Below are positions 1 to 13,965 of a DNA stretch of 64,000 nucleotides, in pieces. Source of the DNA: Lama guanicoe (Eukaryota); contig MU053629.1 in NCBI GenBank assembly GCA_013239625.1, positions 4,491,567 through 4,555,566 of the forward strand. The letters run 5' to 3'. Each line of letters begins with the position of its first letter. Position 1 is the first letter of the stretch. The translations under genes were made by a program, and so were the position numbers. The notes under the pieces were generated by a model, which was not told where the DNA came from, did not search any database, and worked only from the letters and a program-made list of their open reading frames with translations.

Positions 1-59
1 AGTCCTCAGGGTCAGACTATCCAAAACTGCATCTGCCCTCTCTCCTCCCCGTACTTCCT

Positions 60-400
60 CTTGGTGGATCAGGCCAGAGGCTGAGACACCCTACATCCCC
101 ACGTCCCGGCAGCAACCAGCTCATGTTGATGCCAGCTGCTAACACGCCTCAACTCTGACCCCTCCTCTCCTTTCCACAAAGATACTGCCTTCGCTTTGGC
201 CTTCATGGTCTCACTGTAGGATGATAATAGTTTCTCACTAAGATCCCCTGCCTCCTGTCAAGGTGGTCAAGGCAAAGAATCTGAGTATGTTGCTCCTCTG
301 CTTATGACTTTGAAATGACTCCTGTCATCTTCAGGAAAATCCTAACTCCCAGCTTGGTTAATGAGGTGCCCCTGATCCACCTCTTCCCATGGCCCCAGTT
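60..400 (+). mobile_element. Degenerate L2 (LINE2) fragment
   Basis: Pyrimidine-rich L2-like motifs (ccctgcctcc..., atgttgctcctctgctt, aaaatcctaactcc); boundaries approximate. Confidence 0.45.
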
Positions 401-1631
401 CCCCATCTCATCACTAGCCCATCTCTAGGGTGGCTGGAGGCAGCAGTCCTGGGGCTGGTTGAGGTTTACCAACCCCAGGACCCTGGGTAACAAAGGGTAA
501 ATCTCCATGGGGACGGTGAGCTAGGTTGCTCCTGGGGGAGGAGGGCAGAGGTCAAGAGGACCAGATGGCCCTTCCCGTAGGTGGGATATGAGAGTGGATT
601 GGGGCTCAGGCCACAGCTGCTCTGACAGTGCCAGAGGGTTTCTTCTGCTTCTCCCATAGCAGGGGGCTTCATGCCCTTTTTGCAAATGAAGCACTACTTG
701 AGATCCAAGTATGTCAAGCAGATAAAAGAAGGAATGCCGGTGGTTAAAAGCACCCCCATACCAGCACCCTAGAGACATGTTTTCAGAGCAGTAACTCCTG
801 CCTCTCTGTTGAGCATCTTCAGGTCCAAGAGATGCCTCTGGATTTAAAGAACCCTGTTTGACTCTGCCCAGGGTCCCCACACGTCACTTTCCTTGGCAGG
901 AACTCAGTGTACACTTCGAAGAGCAACCTGGAGAGGGTGCCAGATGGCTTGAGGGTTCAGGTGGCAGCCCCCTCCTCCTTCCCAATCCCCTTGTCCTGTG
1001 AAGTACTCTTCCTCGTGGGAATCCCTTAGATCTCTTTGCTTATTGAGGAGAGAAGCTGAGCTAAACTGGGGAGGAGACATAGATCTCTTTTAATTAGGCC
1101 CCAGGACCTTGCTAGAAATCTCCCAGGTTCAATCTCACCTGTGGCCTCTGTCCTCGCCAAAGGGACATACAGGACCCTAAATTCAGTGCCAGAGGGAGGG
1201 AAGGCAGTAAAACTCAACACCTTCCGGCTTAGCAAATCTAAATAACTCCATCCATTTCCAAAAGGAAGCTGGAAGCTGAGTTTGTATTCAACACAAGACT
1301 TTCAAAGGCAATTTGCTGCATTTAAGCACATTGTTTCAGAAGGCTGTAAGCAGAAGTTGTTCTTTGAGTTAGATACACTCTCCCATTTTTCCCATCTTGC
1401 CTATAGGCTTCAGTCTTAGCTACAGGCAACATACAGGGATTTTCCTGTGACCAAGAGTCTGAAACACTTATAGGAATTGCCCGCACGCAAGAGGAAGCAT
1501 TATGATCTCCAGTAATTCAAACGTCTCTGCAATCACTGAAGAAAAGCTATGCAGGTTTTCTGATGTAGTGATAAACTGAAAGTGCTTTGGGTTTTAGAAA
1601 GAAAAGTGGACATTCTCACCCTGGTGCCACT

Positions 1632-1650
1632 GTGTGTGTGTGTGTGTGTG
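1632..1650. repeat. (TG)n microsatellite
   Basis: Direct run of tg dinucleotides. Confidence 0.9.
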
Positions 1651-3256
1651 CACGAACTCCTATGTATATGTGCACGTGTGATGGGCGAGTTTGAAAAGAA
1701 GCACGCACACACGCACACATGGTACAATTTACAACCAAACTGAAGCTTCCTGAACAAGTGTGAATAGACTGTGATGCCGTCAGGTTTACAGTCAGTCAAT
1801 TGACAGCCCCCTTTGAAGACAAGAAAAAGGAAACGCACAGATAAAACCACAGTGATAATGAGGGCGCCTTCGGAACAAACGCCTATATAAGGTTTCCAGT
1901 TTGGGCCTATTCATTTAAATTATACGCTGTGCAGGGGAAAAGCAAAAACTTTTCTGAACTCTTAAGAAAAGTTTTTGTCCCCTTATCAGAAACAGGTGGC
2001 AAACAACTGTCATCTAGACCTGTTAGACCAGGTGCATGGGCTTCTGATCCAGTGTCCTCCACCAATAACCACTTGAAGGTGGAAACAAGATCGGATGAGT
2101 CCCAGACGTGCATGTGTTAGAAATAAGGAGTCACCTAATGGCTTTTAAACTTTTAATTAACATTCTGTCAGAATGGGCATAAATTGTTACCCTTTTCTAC
2201 CTGTTTTTACTTGTCCTCTCTCCTGGTGGACCCTCTGCACCACAGCTGGTGAGTGGCCAAGAGGGACCATCTCTGCAAACATCTTCAAACAACCCAAGTC
2301 ATTTATAAGCATTTTAACAGCACTTGATCAGTAATGAATGATTAAGTAAAACCTTTTGTGTTAAATTATGATGTTAATAATGATTCTGTCTCCTGTAATT
2401 TATTATGAATTCTCAAATGCTTTGGGTTTGATTTTGATAGAATGCAACAACAACGGAGTTTATGTGATGACTTTATTTTTAGAACTCCTTCTTTGAAGGC
2501 ACACATTTCCCCGCTACTGCTGCTACTGTAATTACGTACAAAACCAATCACTCATTAGAGTTAGGATACATTATCTTCTAGACAGATGAGGCTAAATAAG
2601 CAACACATTAATAATTCAGAGAGCAGTTCATTATGCATGTGGATGCCTGCTTCGTAACTGAAATAAGAACCCCATCAGCCTCTGCCAACCCTTAAACAAT
2701 AGTTCTGTGTTATTGCAACCACATTCAAGTTTACGCTTGTTAAACTGCTACTTGGATTATTTTATCAAACATTCATTTATTTGTGGTCCCTTACTGCCGG
2801 CAACAGATTTTGGAAGCTCCTTTTTTAAGTTAATGATTTGAGCAATGGGTGTTATTAATTCTCAGAATATTATAAACATGATTAATTTTCAGGCAGAGAT
2901 TTATTACATAAGGATTTCAGCTATGTCAACTGAAATGCATCACTGTCAAAACAAGTATCATGGTGAAAATAGAATTTGCTCCACACTTCAAGTGCTGGTG
3001 CTCAGAACTAAATCAATTTAAATTGTGGCTGAAGCAAAATTATATTCTCCAGTGAAAAGGAGTATTTCAAGCTTCCTTTATTTGGCTTGAAGCATTCTTG
3101 TTAGATTGTGATTTAGAAAGGTAGTTTAATAAAACTAGACTTCTACCAATAATATTTTGCTTTCTTTTTTTCCCCCCTTGTTTTACTAGAAAAGGCTAAT
3201 CTCTGAAAGTCCCACACATTCCAAATGTGGCCAGTGGGAATCTGGAGAGAATTTGA

Positions 3257-3290
3257 AAAAACAAAAACAAACAAACAAACAAACAAAAAC
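3257..3290. repeat. (AAAC)n microsatellite
   Basis: aaaacaaaaacaaacaaacaaacaaacaaaaac. Confidence 0.85.
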
Positions 3291-3864
3291 ACTGCTTTGG
3301 AAGCCAGGGGCCATGAATTCTCTCTCTGGCCTCAGTTTCCTCACTTGTAAAATAGGGGAGGCCTTAATGACCCCCAGGGCCTCTTGAGGGGTTTGATTTT
3401 ACGGGGCCTGTAGAATAAGCCTCTGTCTCAAGCCTGGCCCAAGCAGCCTTGGGACCAGTGGGCTGCTGGGGGTGGGGAATATGTCCCGCAAGGGGACACA
3501 GGAAGGGCCTGTCCCTCAGTACCACAGCCTTTCATGGAAAGGTCTTGTTCTTGCAGAATCTTTTACAAAGGAGTAACACTGTTGTGGCGGGTCACGTCCT
3601 AAGTCCTCATCAGCCATCACCTTAATTATCCCTTAATAGTTTCAGCCAGAATCAACTAGAAGTAAGTTTACCTGCTTTGTCAGGTACTCTACTAAGCGCA
3701 GAGGATATAAGGATGAGTGGCAAGGAGCTCCGAGGTTTCCAAAGGACACAGATAGGCCAGCAGATAACTGTAATGCATATAATAACACGACGACATCCAA
3801 AATGTATCGAGCCTCTACTCCAACCAGGTACTTCATCGAAGTTCTTTACATGCATGGTTCTGTA

Positions 3865-4040
3865 TATGCCCCAACATATTAGGCAGGTGCTGTTATTGCA
3901 CTTGTTTTCAGTTAAGAAGACTGAGGTTAAAAAATGCTAAGCAGCTTGTAGAAGGTCACTCAACAAGCAAGTGTGTAAGCCAGGATTTGAGCCCAGGCCT
4001 GTCAGACTTTGAAGCCTGTGTGTCTGACCATTGTGCTATC
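3865..4040 (-). mobile_element. MIR SINE
   Basis: Reverse MIR core: gactgaggtt...aaggtcac...gccaggatttgagcccagg...gtcagact. Confidence 0.7.
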
Positions 4041-4404
4041 TAACTCGCCTCGTGTTGGCTGAGAATCAGTGATCCAGCCCCAGAGCAGAGCTTCAGCACA
4101 CCCCTGGAGAAGCCTCTGGTTAAGGCCATGGAGAATGCTCTTCTTCCGGAGGCAGCATCATCTCCGTGTGATAAGATTATTTGCAGGCACGCTGCCATCA
4201 TCCACTGGCTCCTAATCTGCTCTGAGCCGGGCCGGAACTCGGTGAGCACTGAATGGACCAGATGGCCACGGAGGAGTCTTCTGATGCTATAAAATCCATT
4301 TCAGTTATGATTTCCTTGGCAAACCTAAATGGGCTTTACAGCATCAGAAGAAAGTCGATTACACAAGTCGGCCTTTTAAAAATGATGTTTCCTATTTGTA
4401 TGAT

Positions 4405-4590
4405 TACTTTGTGCTTTAAATAGACATGCACTTATTTGATCCCCGTGACAGCTCCAAGAAATAGCTACGACAGGGGTTATCATGCCCATTTTACAGGTTA
4501 GGAAAGTAAGGCTACTCAAAGTTGGGTGAGCTGCCCAAGGCCATAAAGTTAAGTAAGTAGCAAAGCCCAGGTCTTCTGATTCAAGTCTCT
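4405..4590 (-). mobile_element. MIR SINE
   Basis: cccattttacaggttaggaaagtaaggct...ctgcccaaggcca...cccaggtcttctgattc. Confidence 0.65.
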
Positions 4591-7089
4591 TTCTGGTGAA
4601 AAGATTTATTGGTCAGTTGATCGGTTTTTGTTTTCAAATAATTTATTTTATTTGTGAAATTATGTAGTTTAACAAATGCTTAACAGAAGCTAGCTTGTTT
4701 TTGAGCGTTACTCTGTGCCAGACACTGTTCCAAGGTCTTTATGAACTCACCCAGTCCTCAAGACAATACATCCGCTGTGCTGCGAGGCTGGATAAAAGAC
4801 AACCCTAGGTCGTCGACAGTTTTTTCCCATAGAAACTGCAGAGTTAGTCGTCTTCTTTTTAAAAAAGCAGACGTATCGTGTATGTTCGTCCTTATTAGCA
4901 TTATTATAACACATTCATTAAACATTTAGTATAAGCCAAGAAGTTCGGCAAGCATCAGGGATACAAAGATATTTGATAAAGTCCCTTTCCTTGAGGAGTT
5001 GAAAGTATAAAATAGCACATACACCAGGAGAAACCACAAAGTCTCAATTAAGTGCCATTTGAGTGACAGCCCCTTAATCTGCTGCTGGAGCTTTTAGGAG
5101 AAACTGCTGTGGACTGGCAGGGACAGAGGATGCTTTATTGAGAACATAATACTTGGCCTGGCCTTAAGGACTAAGGCAGTCACAAGTGGTAGGGAAAGGC
5201 AGACCTCACCCAGCAGGAAGGACAGAGGCCGAAGAGAGCCCACAGTCCTTTAGGAGGTGGTGATGAACCAGCCGGGCTGAGGCAGAGAATCTGGGAAGGG
5301 AAGTAGGAGAAGCGCTTGGAGCAGCCCACTGAGCAAGCTTTGGGGAGTCTGCCAGCTAAGCCAGGTGCCTGCGTTTCACCTTGAAGGCAAGGAAGAGATC
5401 CAAGGGTTCTGAGCATTGACCAACCTGAGTTTGGGAAACACTCAATCTGGTGGTGATGCTCAGAGTCCCAGGTACCAATGCGGAAGGAACAGCCTGGAAG
5501 GTAACATTTAGTGTAGGTCCAAATGCTCCAGGCTTCGCAGATGTGTCCAAAGACGCAGCAGCAGCAGTAGCAGACACCGCGCACCGGGTGCCAGGTGCTG
5601 TGCTAGGTGCTCACTTGATCAGCAGCGGTCAGGGAAGGTGAGTGGCATATTCAAGATCACACACACAGTACGTGGCCCTTCCGGCTTTGAGCTTCAGCCA
5701 TTCTGACTCTACAGAACCCTCCACTACAGACTGATGCTCACACTGCCACCTCCCTGGTAGAGGGGAGAAGCGGCTTTCTAGGCCATAATGGTCCTGACTG
5801 AGACAGTGATGGTCCTGGAAAAGAAGACACTGCTTGGAGACTTATACCAAATACCCTAGCTTTTCTTTCAGATTCTTTATGAATCACAAGCCCAGGTCTG
5901 AGAGGAGGGGGAACTTCAGTCTGTCTCTGTGGAGAGGAAGAAACCTCAGGACAGCCCGTCCTTACTTGCTGTCCAGTAATCCTGGGCAGTGAGCTCTTCT
6001 GCCTTGCTTTGGAGCCAAGAGACACAGCACTGAGCTGGACCTGCTAAGAGATGCCTGCCTGCCTCTCTCCCTTGCTGACTGGGGCCTGATCTTAGGTTTG
6101 CTGGCTTATATACTATGGCAGCATAAGACAAGTTTAGAAGACAAAAATAACCTTGGAATTATCTTGTGAATTCATGGTAATTACCATACAATTACATGCT
6201 CAGTAACCACAATGGAATTTCAGAGTATTTACAGTTCACTTCCATACACAAAAGCCCAGGCTTCTGGGCCTCCATTGTGAAGGCGGGAGCATGGCACAGC
6301 CTGGCATGGTGGGGCCAGCAGGCCTGGTGGTCACGCTCCTCCAGAAGGACTAAATACCCGAGCCAGAACCTCTCGTAGCCAATTCTTGTTCCCCACCAGT
6401 AATCCCTGCCAGATCCACTGGAACTACACTGTCCTCCAAAAGATGTCTTCTAGCAGCAAGGCCTGGGATGTCCTGAGCTGTCACTCTCTAGGGATGGTGT
6501 GACTGTCCTCTGAGCTTTGTGAATCAATGTCTGCTTCTACCTCAAAGCACTCAGTGACTGCAAGTCTCCTGAATTACATCCTTTGAAGAGTCTCTTAAGT
6601 CAGAGAGAAGTGCAGTCCACTTACTCTGTTTCATGTATCCATTCTTTCTTGCAGTCAATAAACACTGAATGCTAGCATCAAGCCCAGCCTGGGGACTCAG
6701 AAACCAAACCATGCCTGCCCTCAGAGAACTCCCAGTCCTGTAAGGGAGGCAGCCAGGGGAACAATTCATGATCGGTCAGGGTGACAGCAAGGTAGAGGCG
6801 AGGCATAGAGGCTCAAACAGATTTTCTTTTGTAAAAATAAAATTCCCAGTGGTTACAAGTGGGACAAGGCCAATGGAAGTGCACAACTTGACCCACTACC
6901 CTGTGGAGCTACCCTGTGGGAGCCTAACCATTTTGTCAATGTGGACCCTGCTTATGTGCGGGAAGAATGGGCTTAATTAATAGTACTGATAGATAACATG
7001 ACCATCAGATACAGTACTTCCTGTAAACGTTGAAGGAAAAGACACAATATGTGGAGGACATGTCAGAAAAGGTGAACATGAAATCTGAC

Positions 7090-7091
7090 TG

Positions 7092-7124
<33 letters not shown>
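7090..7124. repeat. (GT)n microsatellite
   Basis: Near-perfect gt run. Confidence 0.9.
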
Positions 7125-7125
<1 letters not shown>

Positions 7126-7699
7126 AGATGCAGGTGGGGAAAGGATGTTCATTCGCCACTGGGCACTCACTCAGCCATCCCCAGCTCCCCTGCCTTAATT
7201 CAGAGACAGAGAGAGAGCCTGGGGTTTCACAAAAGGTAATGCCAGGTTGTCAGGATCCTTGCAGCCAGCTGTGAGCCAACAGCAGCTCCTTTCCTTTCTC
7301 CTATTTCAAGTCACTGCATGAGATCAGGCACCTGGTTTCCCAGCACTTAAGGGTTCCCAAAGTTCAAAATCTGGGCCAGGCATCTCCATTTTCTATGCCC
7401 TAAGGTTGGCCATGACTTTATGTACAGTTCTCCAAACTTCCATTTATCCAAGGATAAATGTAGCTAATTGTCAAAGGCGAACATCTCACAGAAGACATTC
7501 TACAAAACTACCAGGATCCAACACTTCCTTTTGCACATATTAAATTTTAAATATTTTAGGAGACATTATAATTGAGATGCTTTGGGCCTACTGTAACCAG
7601 TCTCTTTGGGATAGCTCCCACTGATAGGTGACGAAGACAAAGAATTGCTACTTCCCAAAGAAAGAAAGTGGCTGGAATCAAAATTCTAACATCAGTTCC

Positions 7700-8310
7700 C
7701 TCAGGGAGGTGGAGTACGTGCGGTGATTCACCGCCAAAGAGTACAGTATGGAAAAGGGGAGAGGATCTTTAGAGCAAAAAAACCTGGCAAACCTCCCTTA
7801 GCCAGGTGACCAAGGCTGGCATCATCAGTGATGAGTCATGTTGACACATGTACCCTTGATACAAAGTGATTAAAGTGGCAGTTTACCTGCGCAGCCCCCC
7901 TCTCCCAAACCACAACCCCCATCTAATCACGAGAAACACGTCAGACAAACCCAAACTGACAAGCAGTCTACAAAACACTTGATCAGTACCTGTCAAAGCT
8001 GTCAAGATCATCAGAAACAAGGTGAGACTGAGAAACTATCACGGCCTAGAAGAACCTAAGGAGACATGACAACTAAATACTATGTGGTGTCCTGGAGGGG
8101 ATCTTGGAACAGAAAATGTGAATTAGAGAAAAACTGATGAAATTCAAACAAAGTATGGACTTAATTGTAATGTGCGATGTGGCTCCTGAGCTGTGACAAA
8201 TGTGCCACATCTGTGTGAGATGTTAACAGTAGGGGAACTGGGTATATAGGAACTCTCTGTATTATCTTTGCAACTTTTCCGTTAATCCACAATTCTAAAA
8301 TTTAAAGTTT
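7700..8310 (+). mobile_element. Old L1 (L1MC-type) 3' end
   Basis: Ends ...ggtatataggaactctctgtattatctttgcaacttttccgt...aaattta; same family as the reverse-oriented element at 51255-51840. Confidence 0.7.
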
Positions 8311-8359
8311 ATTTAAATATTTTGTAAAGATTCTGACATTCAGCTGTGATCTTTTCCAG

Positions 8360-8482
8360 TCGCTGGCAACCAGTCGCTATGCAGTGATGACCACCCAGCT
8401 GAAGCACAGCAATCTCTCGCTGGTTTTCCACTATGTTTTTCTCCAGATGTGTAAGGCCCATGGCATCGGCTACAACATCGAG
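8360..8482 (+). CDS. IQCH: IQCH internal coding exon (123 nt, phase 0/0): [41 protein letters not shown]
   Basis: cttttccag acceptor, GAG/gtatgg donor, open frame matching recalled human IQCH C-terminal region; splices in frame to 16552. Confidence 0.9.
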
Positions 8483-8838
8483 GTATGGAGGGTGACAGCT
8501 GGCCAGAGCTGGAGCAAACGCAGGCCTGCGGGTCATCTAGGCAGCTAATGATCTGGTGCCCATTCACACAGATGTGCTTTAAAGACTGGCTGGACCCATA
8601 TTTAGAGGAAGTCTGATGAGTGCTGCCTGGGGAAGGGCAGAAAGGCCACTGCACAAGAGGTAGAAGAACTCGGTCCTGGGAGGTTGAGCTCTGTCCCCGA
8701 ACTTGTACACCCACCTTAGGAAAGCAAAAGCCCTGTAGCTCACCAGAATTAGGAGTAATTCAGGGGACCATCTCTTCATCTTGAAGCATGTCCTGAGCTT
8801 TCTGACCCCACCCAAAGCTGCTCACTAAGGAACATTCT

Positions 8839-9205
8839 CTTAGTCTGCTTGGGCCGCTGTAACAAAACGCCATACAGTAGATGGTTTAAACGACTGAAAT
8901 TTATTTCTCACAGTTCTGGGGGCTGGGTAATCCAAGGTGAAGTTGCTGGTCAATTCAGTTCCTGATGAGGACTCTTCCTGACTTGCAGAATCACTTGGGT
9001 CTTAATATGGCAGAGAGAGAGAGAGCAAGCTCTGTCTCTAACCTCTTCTAGAAAGACACCAGTTCTATCTGAACAGGGCTCCACCCTTATCACCTCATTT
9101 AACCTTAACCATTTCCTTAACCAAGTCCCTGTTTCCTATGCATTCATATGGGAGATTAGGGCTTCAACGTATGAATTTTCAGGGGACATGAAATTCGGTC
9201 CATGG
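8839..9205 (-). mobile_element. MaLR solo LTR (MLT1/MST-type)
   Basis: tcttagtctgcttgggccgctgtaacaaaa...aaatttatttctcacagttctgg, the reverse complement of the MLT1 3' end. Confidence 0.75.
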
Positions 9206-9548
9206 CATTCTCCTACCTACATTTCTTTCTAGGAGGAGTTCTGATAAAAAAAAAAAGTTTCTTCCGTTTTGGTCTATTTCCAGTGATACTGAATAAGAAG
9301 CCCTGCCCATCTTTCTCATCCTTAATGGAGCTAGACGGAGGCGAGTGGGATGGGTACTACCTAAATTAGTACCTCTATTTCATGCCAAAAGACTCATATT
9401 ACTCTGAGAATTAGTTTCAGGATTTTGCCCTTCGATTCAGATCATCAAGCCTCTGACATTGAGGGCTATTCTAAGACTTGAGTGAACCCATGCACTCTTA
9501 CTTGTGGAAGACCCCTCCAGCATCACATCAAATATATTAAAATATATT

Positions 9549-10763
9549 AACCGCAGGCAACACATTCTGACATTAATCTTAGTAATGTTCTCCTAGGGCA
9601 GTCTACCCAGGGAATAGAAATAAGAGCAAAAATAAACAAATGAGACCTAATTAAACTTATAATCATTTGCACAGCAAAGGAAACCATAAGCAAAACAAAA
9701 CAACAACCTACGGGATGGGAGAAAGTATTTGCAAATGATGCGACTAACAAAGGCTTAATTTCCAGAATATATAAACAGCTCATACAACTTAATAACAAAG
9801 AAACAACCAACCAACTCAAAAATGGGCAGAAGACCTAAAGAAGCAATTCTCTAATGAAGACATACAAATGGCCAATGTCACATGAAAAATGCTCCATATC
9901 ATTAATTATCAGAGAAATGCAAATCAAAACTGCAATGAGGTATCACCTCACACCAGTCAGAATGCCCATCATTCAAAAGTCCATGAACAATAAATGCTGG
10001 AGAGGGTGTGAAGAAAAGGAAACCCCCCTACACTGCTGGTGAGAATGTAGTTTGGTGCAGCCATTATGGAAAACAGTATGGAGGTTCCTCAAAAAACTGA
10101 AAATTGACTTACCATATGATTCAGCAATCCCACTTCTGGGTATATATCTGGAGAGAACCCTAATTCAAAAAAAATCAGCACCCCAATGTTCATAGCAGCA
10201 CTGTATACAATAGTCAAGACATGGAAGCAACCTAAACGTCCATTGACAGATGACTGGATAAAGAAGTAGTGGTATATTTATACAATGGAATACTACTCAG
10301 CCATAAAAAAGAATAAAACAATGCCACTTGCAGCAACGTGGATGGACCTAGAAATCATTATTCTAAATGAAGTAAGCCAGAAAGAGAAAGAAAAATACCA
10401 TATGATATTATTCATATGTGGAATCTAAAAAAAAAGAAGAAAAGAGGACACTAGTGAACTCATCTACAAAACAGAAACAGACTTACAGACATAGTTAACA
10501 ATCTTATGGTTACCAGGGAAAGGGAGTGGGAAGGGATAAATTTGGTAGTTTGAGATTTGCAAATGTTAGCCACTATATATAAAAATAGATTTTAAAAAGT
10601 TTCTGCTGTATAGCACAGGGAACTATGTTCATTATCTTGTAATAATCTTTAATGAAAAAAATATGAAAATGAATATATGTATGTACATGCATGACTGGGA
10701 CATTGTACTGTACACCAGAAATTGGCACATTGTACTGATGGTACTTCAAATTTTTAAAAATAA
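9549..10763 (+). mobile_element. 5'-truncated lineage-specific L1 (ORF2 C-terminal remnant + 3' UTR) with TSD
   Basis: ORF2-like peptide [20 protein letters not shown]; artiodactyl-type 3' UTR (tttgagatttgc...ctgtatagcacagggaactat); flanking direct repeat taaaatatatt at 9538-9548 and 10764-10774. Confidence 0.9.
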
Positions 10764-11213
10764 TAAAATATATTCACCTGTCACATTAAGTGTAATTCAC
10801 AGATAATGACAAATAATTGGGCAATAAACAACTGATCAAATATTTTGTTTTGTACTTAGTTCTATATTCATTTTTATTTTTCATACTTGAGAACAAATAC
10901 AATTTTCAGGGTTTAGATCTTGTTATAGGCTCTTGAAAAGCATACGAACCTTAGGCACACGGCCAACACTGAATAGGATGGCCTGGCTGACACTTGGCAA
11001 TCCCCACTGCACTGCAGGGTGCTGTCAGGGTGCATAAAGCCTTTTGATTACACTAATTCATGCTGTTTGCAAACATATACGATGAAGCTCATATTCCCTC
11101 ACAAATTACATTAAAATTGATAAAATATAGAAGGACTGAAAAGGCCAGATTGAACTGATTTATCTGAAATTCATTGTTGCATCTGCTCAACACAGTCTCT
11201 TTGAAATTAAATA

Positions 11214-11425
11214 CAGCTGACCCTTGAACAATGACAAGGTTAGAGACTGCAACCCTCCAATCAAAAATCCAAGTATAACTTCATAGTTGGCCCTCTTATC
11301 AGCAGGTTAGCATCCAAGGATTCAACCAACCACAGATGTGTAGCAGTGCACTATTTACTGTTGGAAAAAATTCGCATATAAGTGGACCCACGCAGTTCAA
11401 ACCCATGTTGTTCAATGGTCAACTG
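11214..11425. mobile_element. Tigger-family MITE (MER8/Tigger2-like)
   Basis: Terminal inverted repeats cagctgacccttgaacaa ... ttgttcaatggtcaactg, preceded by TA. Confidence 0.8.
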
Positions 11426-12319
11426 TGGTTTTTAGCCCCAAATTGATTAGACTTCCATGTGCCCGAAGGTGGCTAAATCTAACTCTAGATTTACCTGAAT
11501 CAATTTATTTTATTTTCTTCTAAAATATCAAAGCAGGACAAGCTCTGTGAGTGGGCATATTTGGCAGGGGATGTGTCCTACTGAAAAGAAAACGTACGCC
11601 GTAACTTTCTATTGCCCAAAATTATTATCAGGGATTTGTTTCTTTGACTAAAGGCTTTGTACGTGATTGAAGTTCTAGCACTCCTGGGAAAAGGAAAGCA
11701 CCAAACTTTGTAGGTTATTTACAACTTTGTGGCTCAGAGTTGATCAGACTCATTCCTAAGAACAAATTTTAGTAAGGAAAACAGACCGCTGTGGCCCTAG
11801 GGAAACAGTGGATGGTGCAGAGGAAGGGGTTCTGAGGGTCAGAAGAACAAAGAAAGGGCGGAGAGGCGCCGAACACATACTGTAAATTCTGTAGACTCTG
11901 CCTCCAGGTCACCTGTGCTAAACAACAAATAAAAGATGAAAGTTGAAATGGGAGAGAAAGAGAAATATAGATTGGGGGTGATGGAGTGATGGAACAATGT
12001 GAAGGAGAAAAAGATAACAACAGAAAATAGGACAAAATCCAGAGAATGGAACAATCTACAAAAAAAAAGATAGGAGGGGATAAATAGAAACAAAAAGAGC
12101 AAATAATAAACAATAGTACAAGAAAAGAGAAATGGAGTCACAAAAATCTGAGGTAAGAAGAAGGAGTCATGTGACTACTTGGAAAATCTGGAAATTCTCT
12201 AACAATGCCCTTACTCTATTTTTCCAGAGATGGGTTCTCACCTTTTTAGACCCTGGAGTCCATCCCTGGTCAGAACTCTCCACTTGTTCTCTCCTCTGCC
12301 TTTTCTTGGAGAGGCAGGC

Positions 12320-12500
12320 AATGAACCAGCATTTACAGAGCACCTACTATGTGCTGGCACTGAGCTACGCACTATTACTTTATTATCTCTTTAGTCTTCA
12401 TATCTCTTCTGTAAAAAGTTATTATCTCTTCCACATCATGGTGAGGAATTTAGACTTAAAGAGTTTAAGCACTTTCCCAAGATCACACAGCCAGACATTT
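12320..12500 (-). mobile_element. MIR SINE
   Basis: catttacagagcacctactatgtgctggcactg...ttcccaagatcacacagc. Confidence 0.6.
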
Positions 12501-13362
12501 TATGGAAAGCCTGACACCATAACTGTCCATAAGTCAAACATGATTGACTCTTTCTCTTACACTAGGACATCTCCTATGCACCTTCTTCCCCTAAGGACTG
12601 TTTCAGACTGACTATATGTGTTTCTAAAATCTTACTGCCAATCCAATCCAAGAATTCTGGGATCCATTTCAAAAGAAATATTCCATCTAGGTACTTCTTA
12701 CATATTCTTTAGCTGAAGAAGCATGAACTTCTCTGTAACCCCCATGACCTATTACGCCTTAAAAAGAAAAAAAAATGTGTTTAACAATTAACCTCCCAAA
12801 ATTTTACTGCCTTCTTGAGTTATGCTGAGTTTAAAAAGAAGATCACTTACCCTAATTCCAATGTAACTTCTGCCACCTGCTCCCACTCTTGGTCGAATTT
12901 AATGTAGGTGCTCTTTCCAGAAAAAGCAGCAATATTAACAATATCTTATTGTCATTGCCACCAAAAAAAGAATCCTCAAAAGCCCTTATTCTCAACATTG
13001 TTTTTCTTGCCATTATCAGCACAGAATTTCACACGATGTTTCTTGTTGAAAATCTCAGGGGTGTAAAAGGGAAATGAGATCACCCTATGAGTTTATTTTT
13101 CCTTGCTGAATATTGGAAGGAAGCATTGCTGAGTTTGTAACCAACTCGGTGGGTCTCATTCCTGGTATTTCTGTAATGCTACAAAATACCCCCACTGATT
13201 TCCTAATGAAATGAACTTGTAATGAAAGCCATATGGAGAAAAGTGTCATGTTTACTGCCTGCGACAGTGTGGCAGGGCTGGTCTCACACGTACACAGGCA
13301 ATGTGCCACGGTCCTAAATAGCTCCACCACTGCCAGTTCTCACTTCCTCAGGCCAAGGAATT

Positions 13363-13755
13363 GCCGTGGTGGCAATCATGAGGGCTATTCAGAATGTTCA
13401 GATTCTTCTCCTTCCAGGCGCACAGCAGAATTGTACTTCCTCTGCCCTCTCCCTGAAGTCAGCATGGCCACGTAACTTGTTTTGGCCAGTGAAATATAAA
13501 CAGAAGTGCTGTATGTCCTTTCTATGCAGAAGCCTTTAAGAGCCACTCCATGAGTCACCATATCCTTTTTCCTGCTTCAGAAATCCTGGAAGCAGAGACG
13601 GAGCCTCCTTCAGCCCTGAGTGTGACCACAGTGACCAGAGACCCATGCTGACACACATGGGAAATGAAGTACGAGCATGAACCAACTTTTTTTGGTATAA
13701 AAACGAAGAATTGTTTTTTAATTACTGCAGCATAACCTAGCCTACATGATTGATT
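13363..13755 (+). mobile_element. Old MaLR LTR (MLT1H/J-like)
   Basis: ggccacgtaacttgttttggccagtgaaat...attactgcagcataacctagcct; boundaries approximate. Confidence 0.55.
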
Positions 13756-13789
13756 CAGAAAATAGTATCAAGAAAAGGATGTTTCCCAA

Positions 13790-13965
13790 ACAGAAAACAA
13801 ATATTATCATTTCAACTTGAAATAAGTATAATAATTATTGATGAGGTATTTTATGTTTTGTATTAAGTCTTTGAAAGCTACAGCGCATCTCAACTTCAAT
13901 GACTAATATTTCAAGTTCCCAGTAGCCCCATGTGGCCAGTGGCTACCATACTGGACAGCATAGTA
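13790..13965. mobile_element. hAT-Charlie MER3/MER33-like fragment
   Basis: tttcaagttcccagtagccccatgtggccagtggctaccatactggacagcatag terminus. Confidence 0.6.

Noticed and set aside
3368..3400. Resemblance to the phage T7 terminator (cccccagggcctcttgaggggtttg)
   Set aside because: Only short partial matches, no flanking vector sequence, and it directly follows a MIR-like fragment; chance similarity.
11769..12611. 100-159 aa hydrophobic ORFs
   Set aside because: Derived from A/G-rich low-complexity DNA and a MIR; no splice or homology support.
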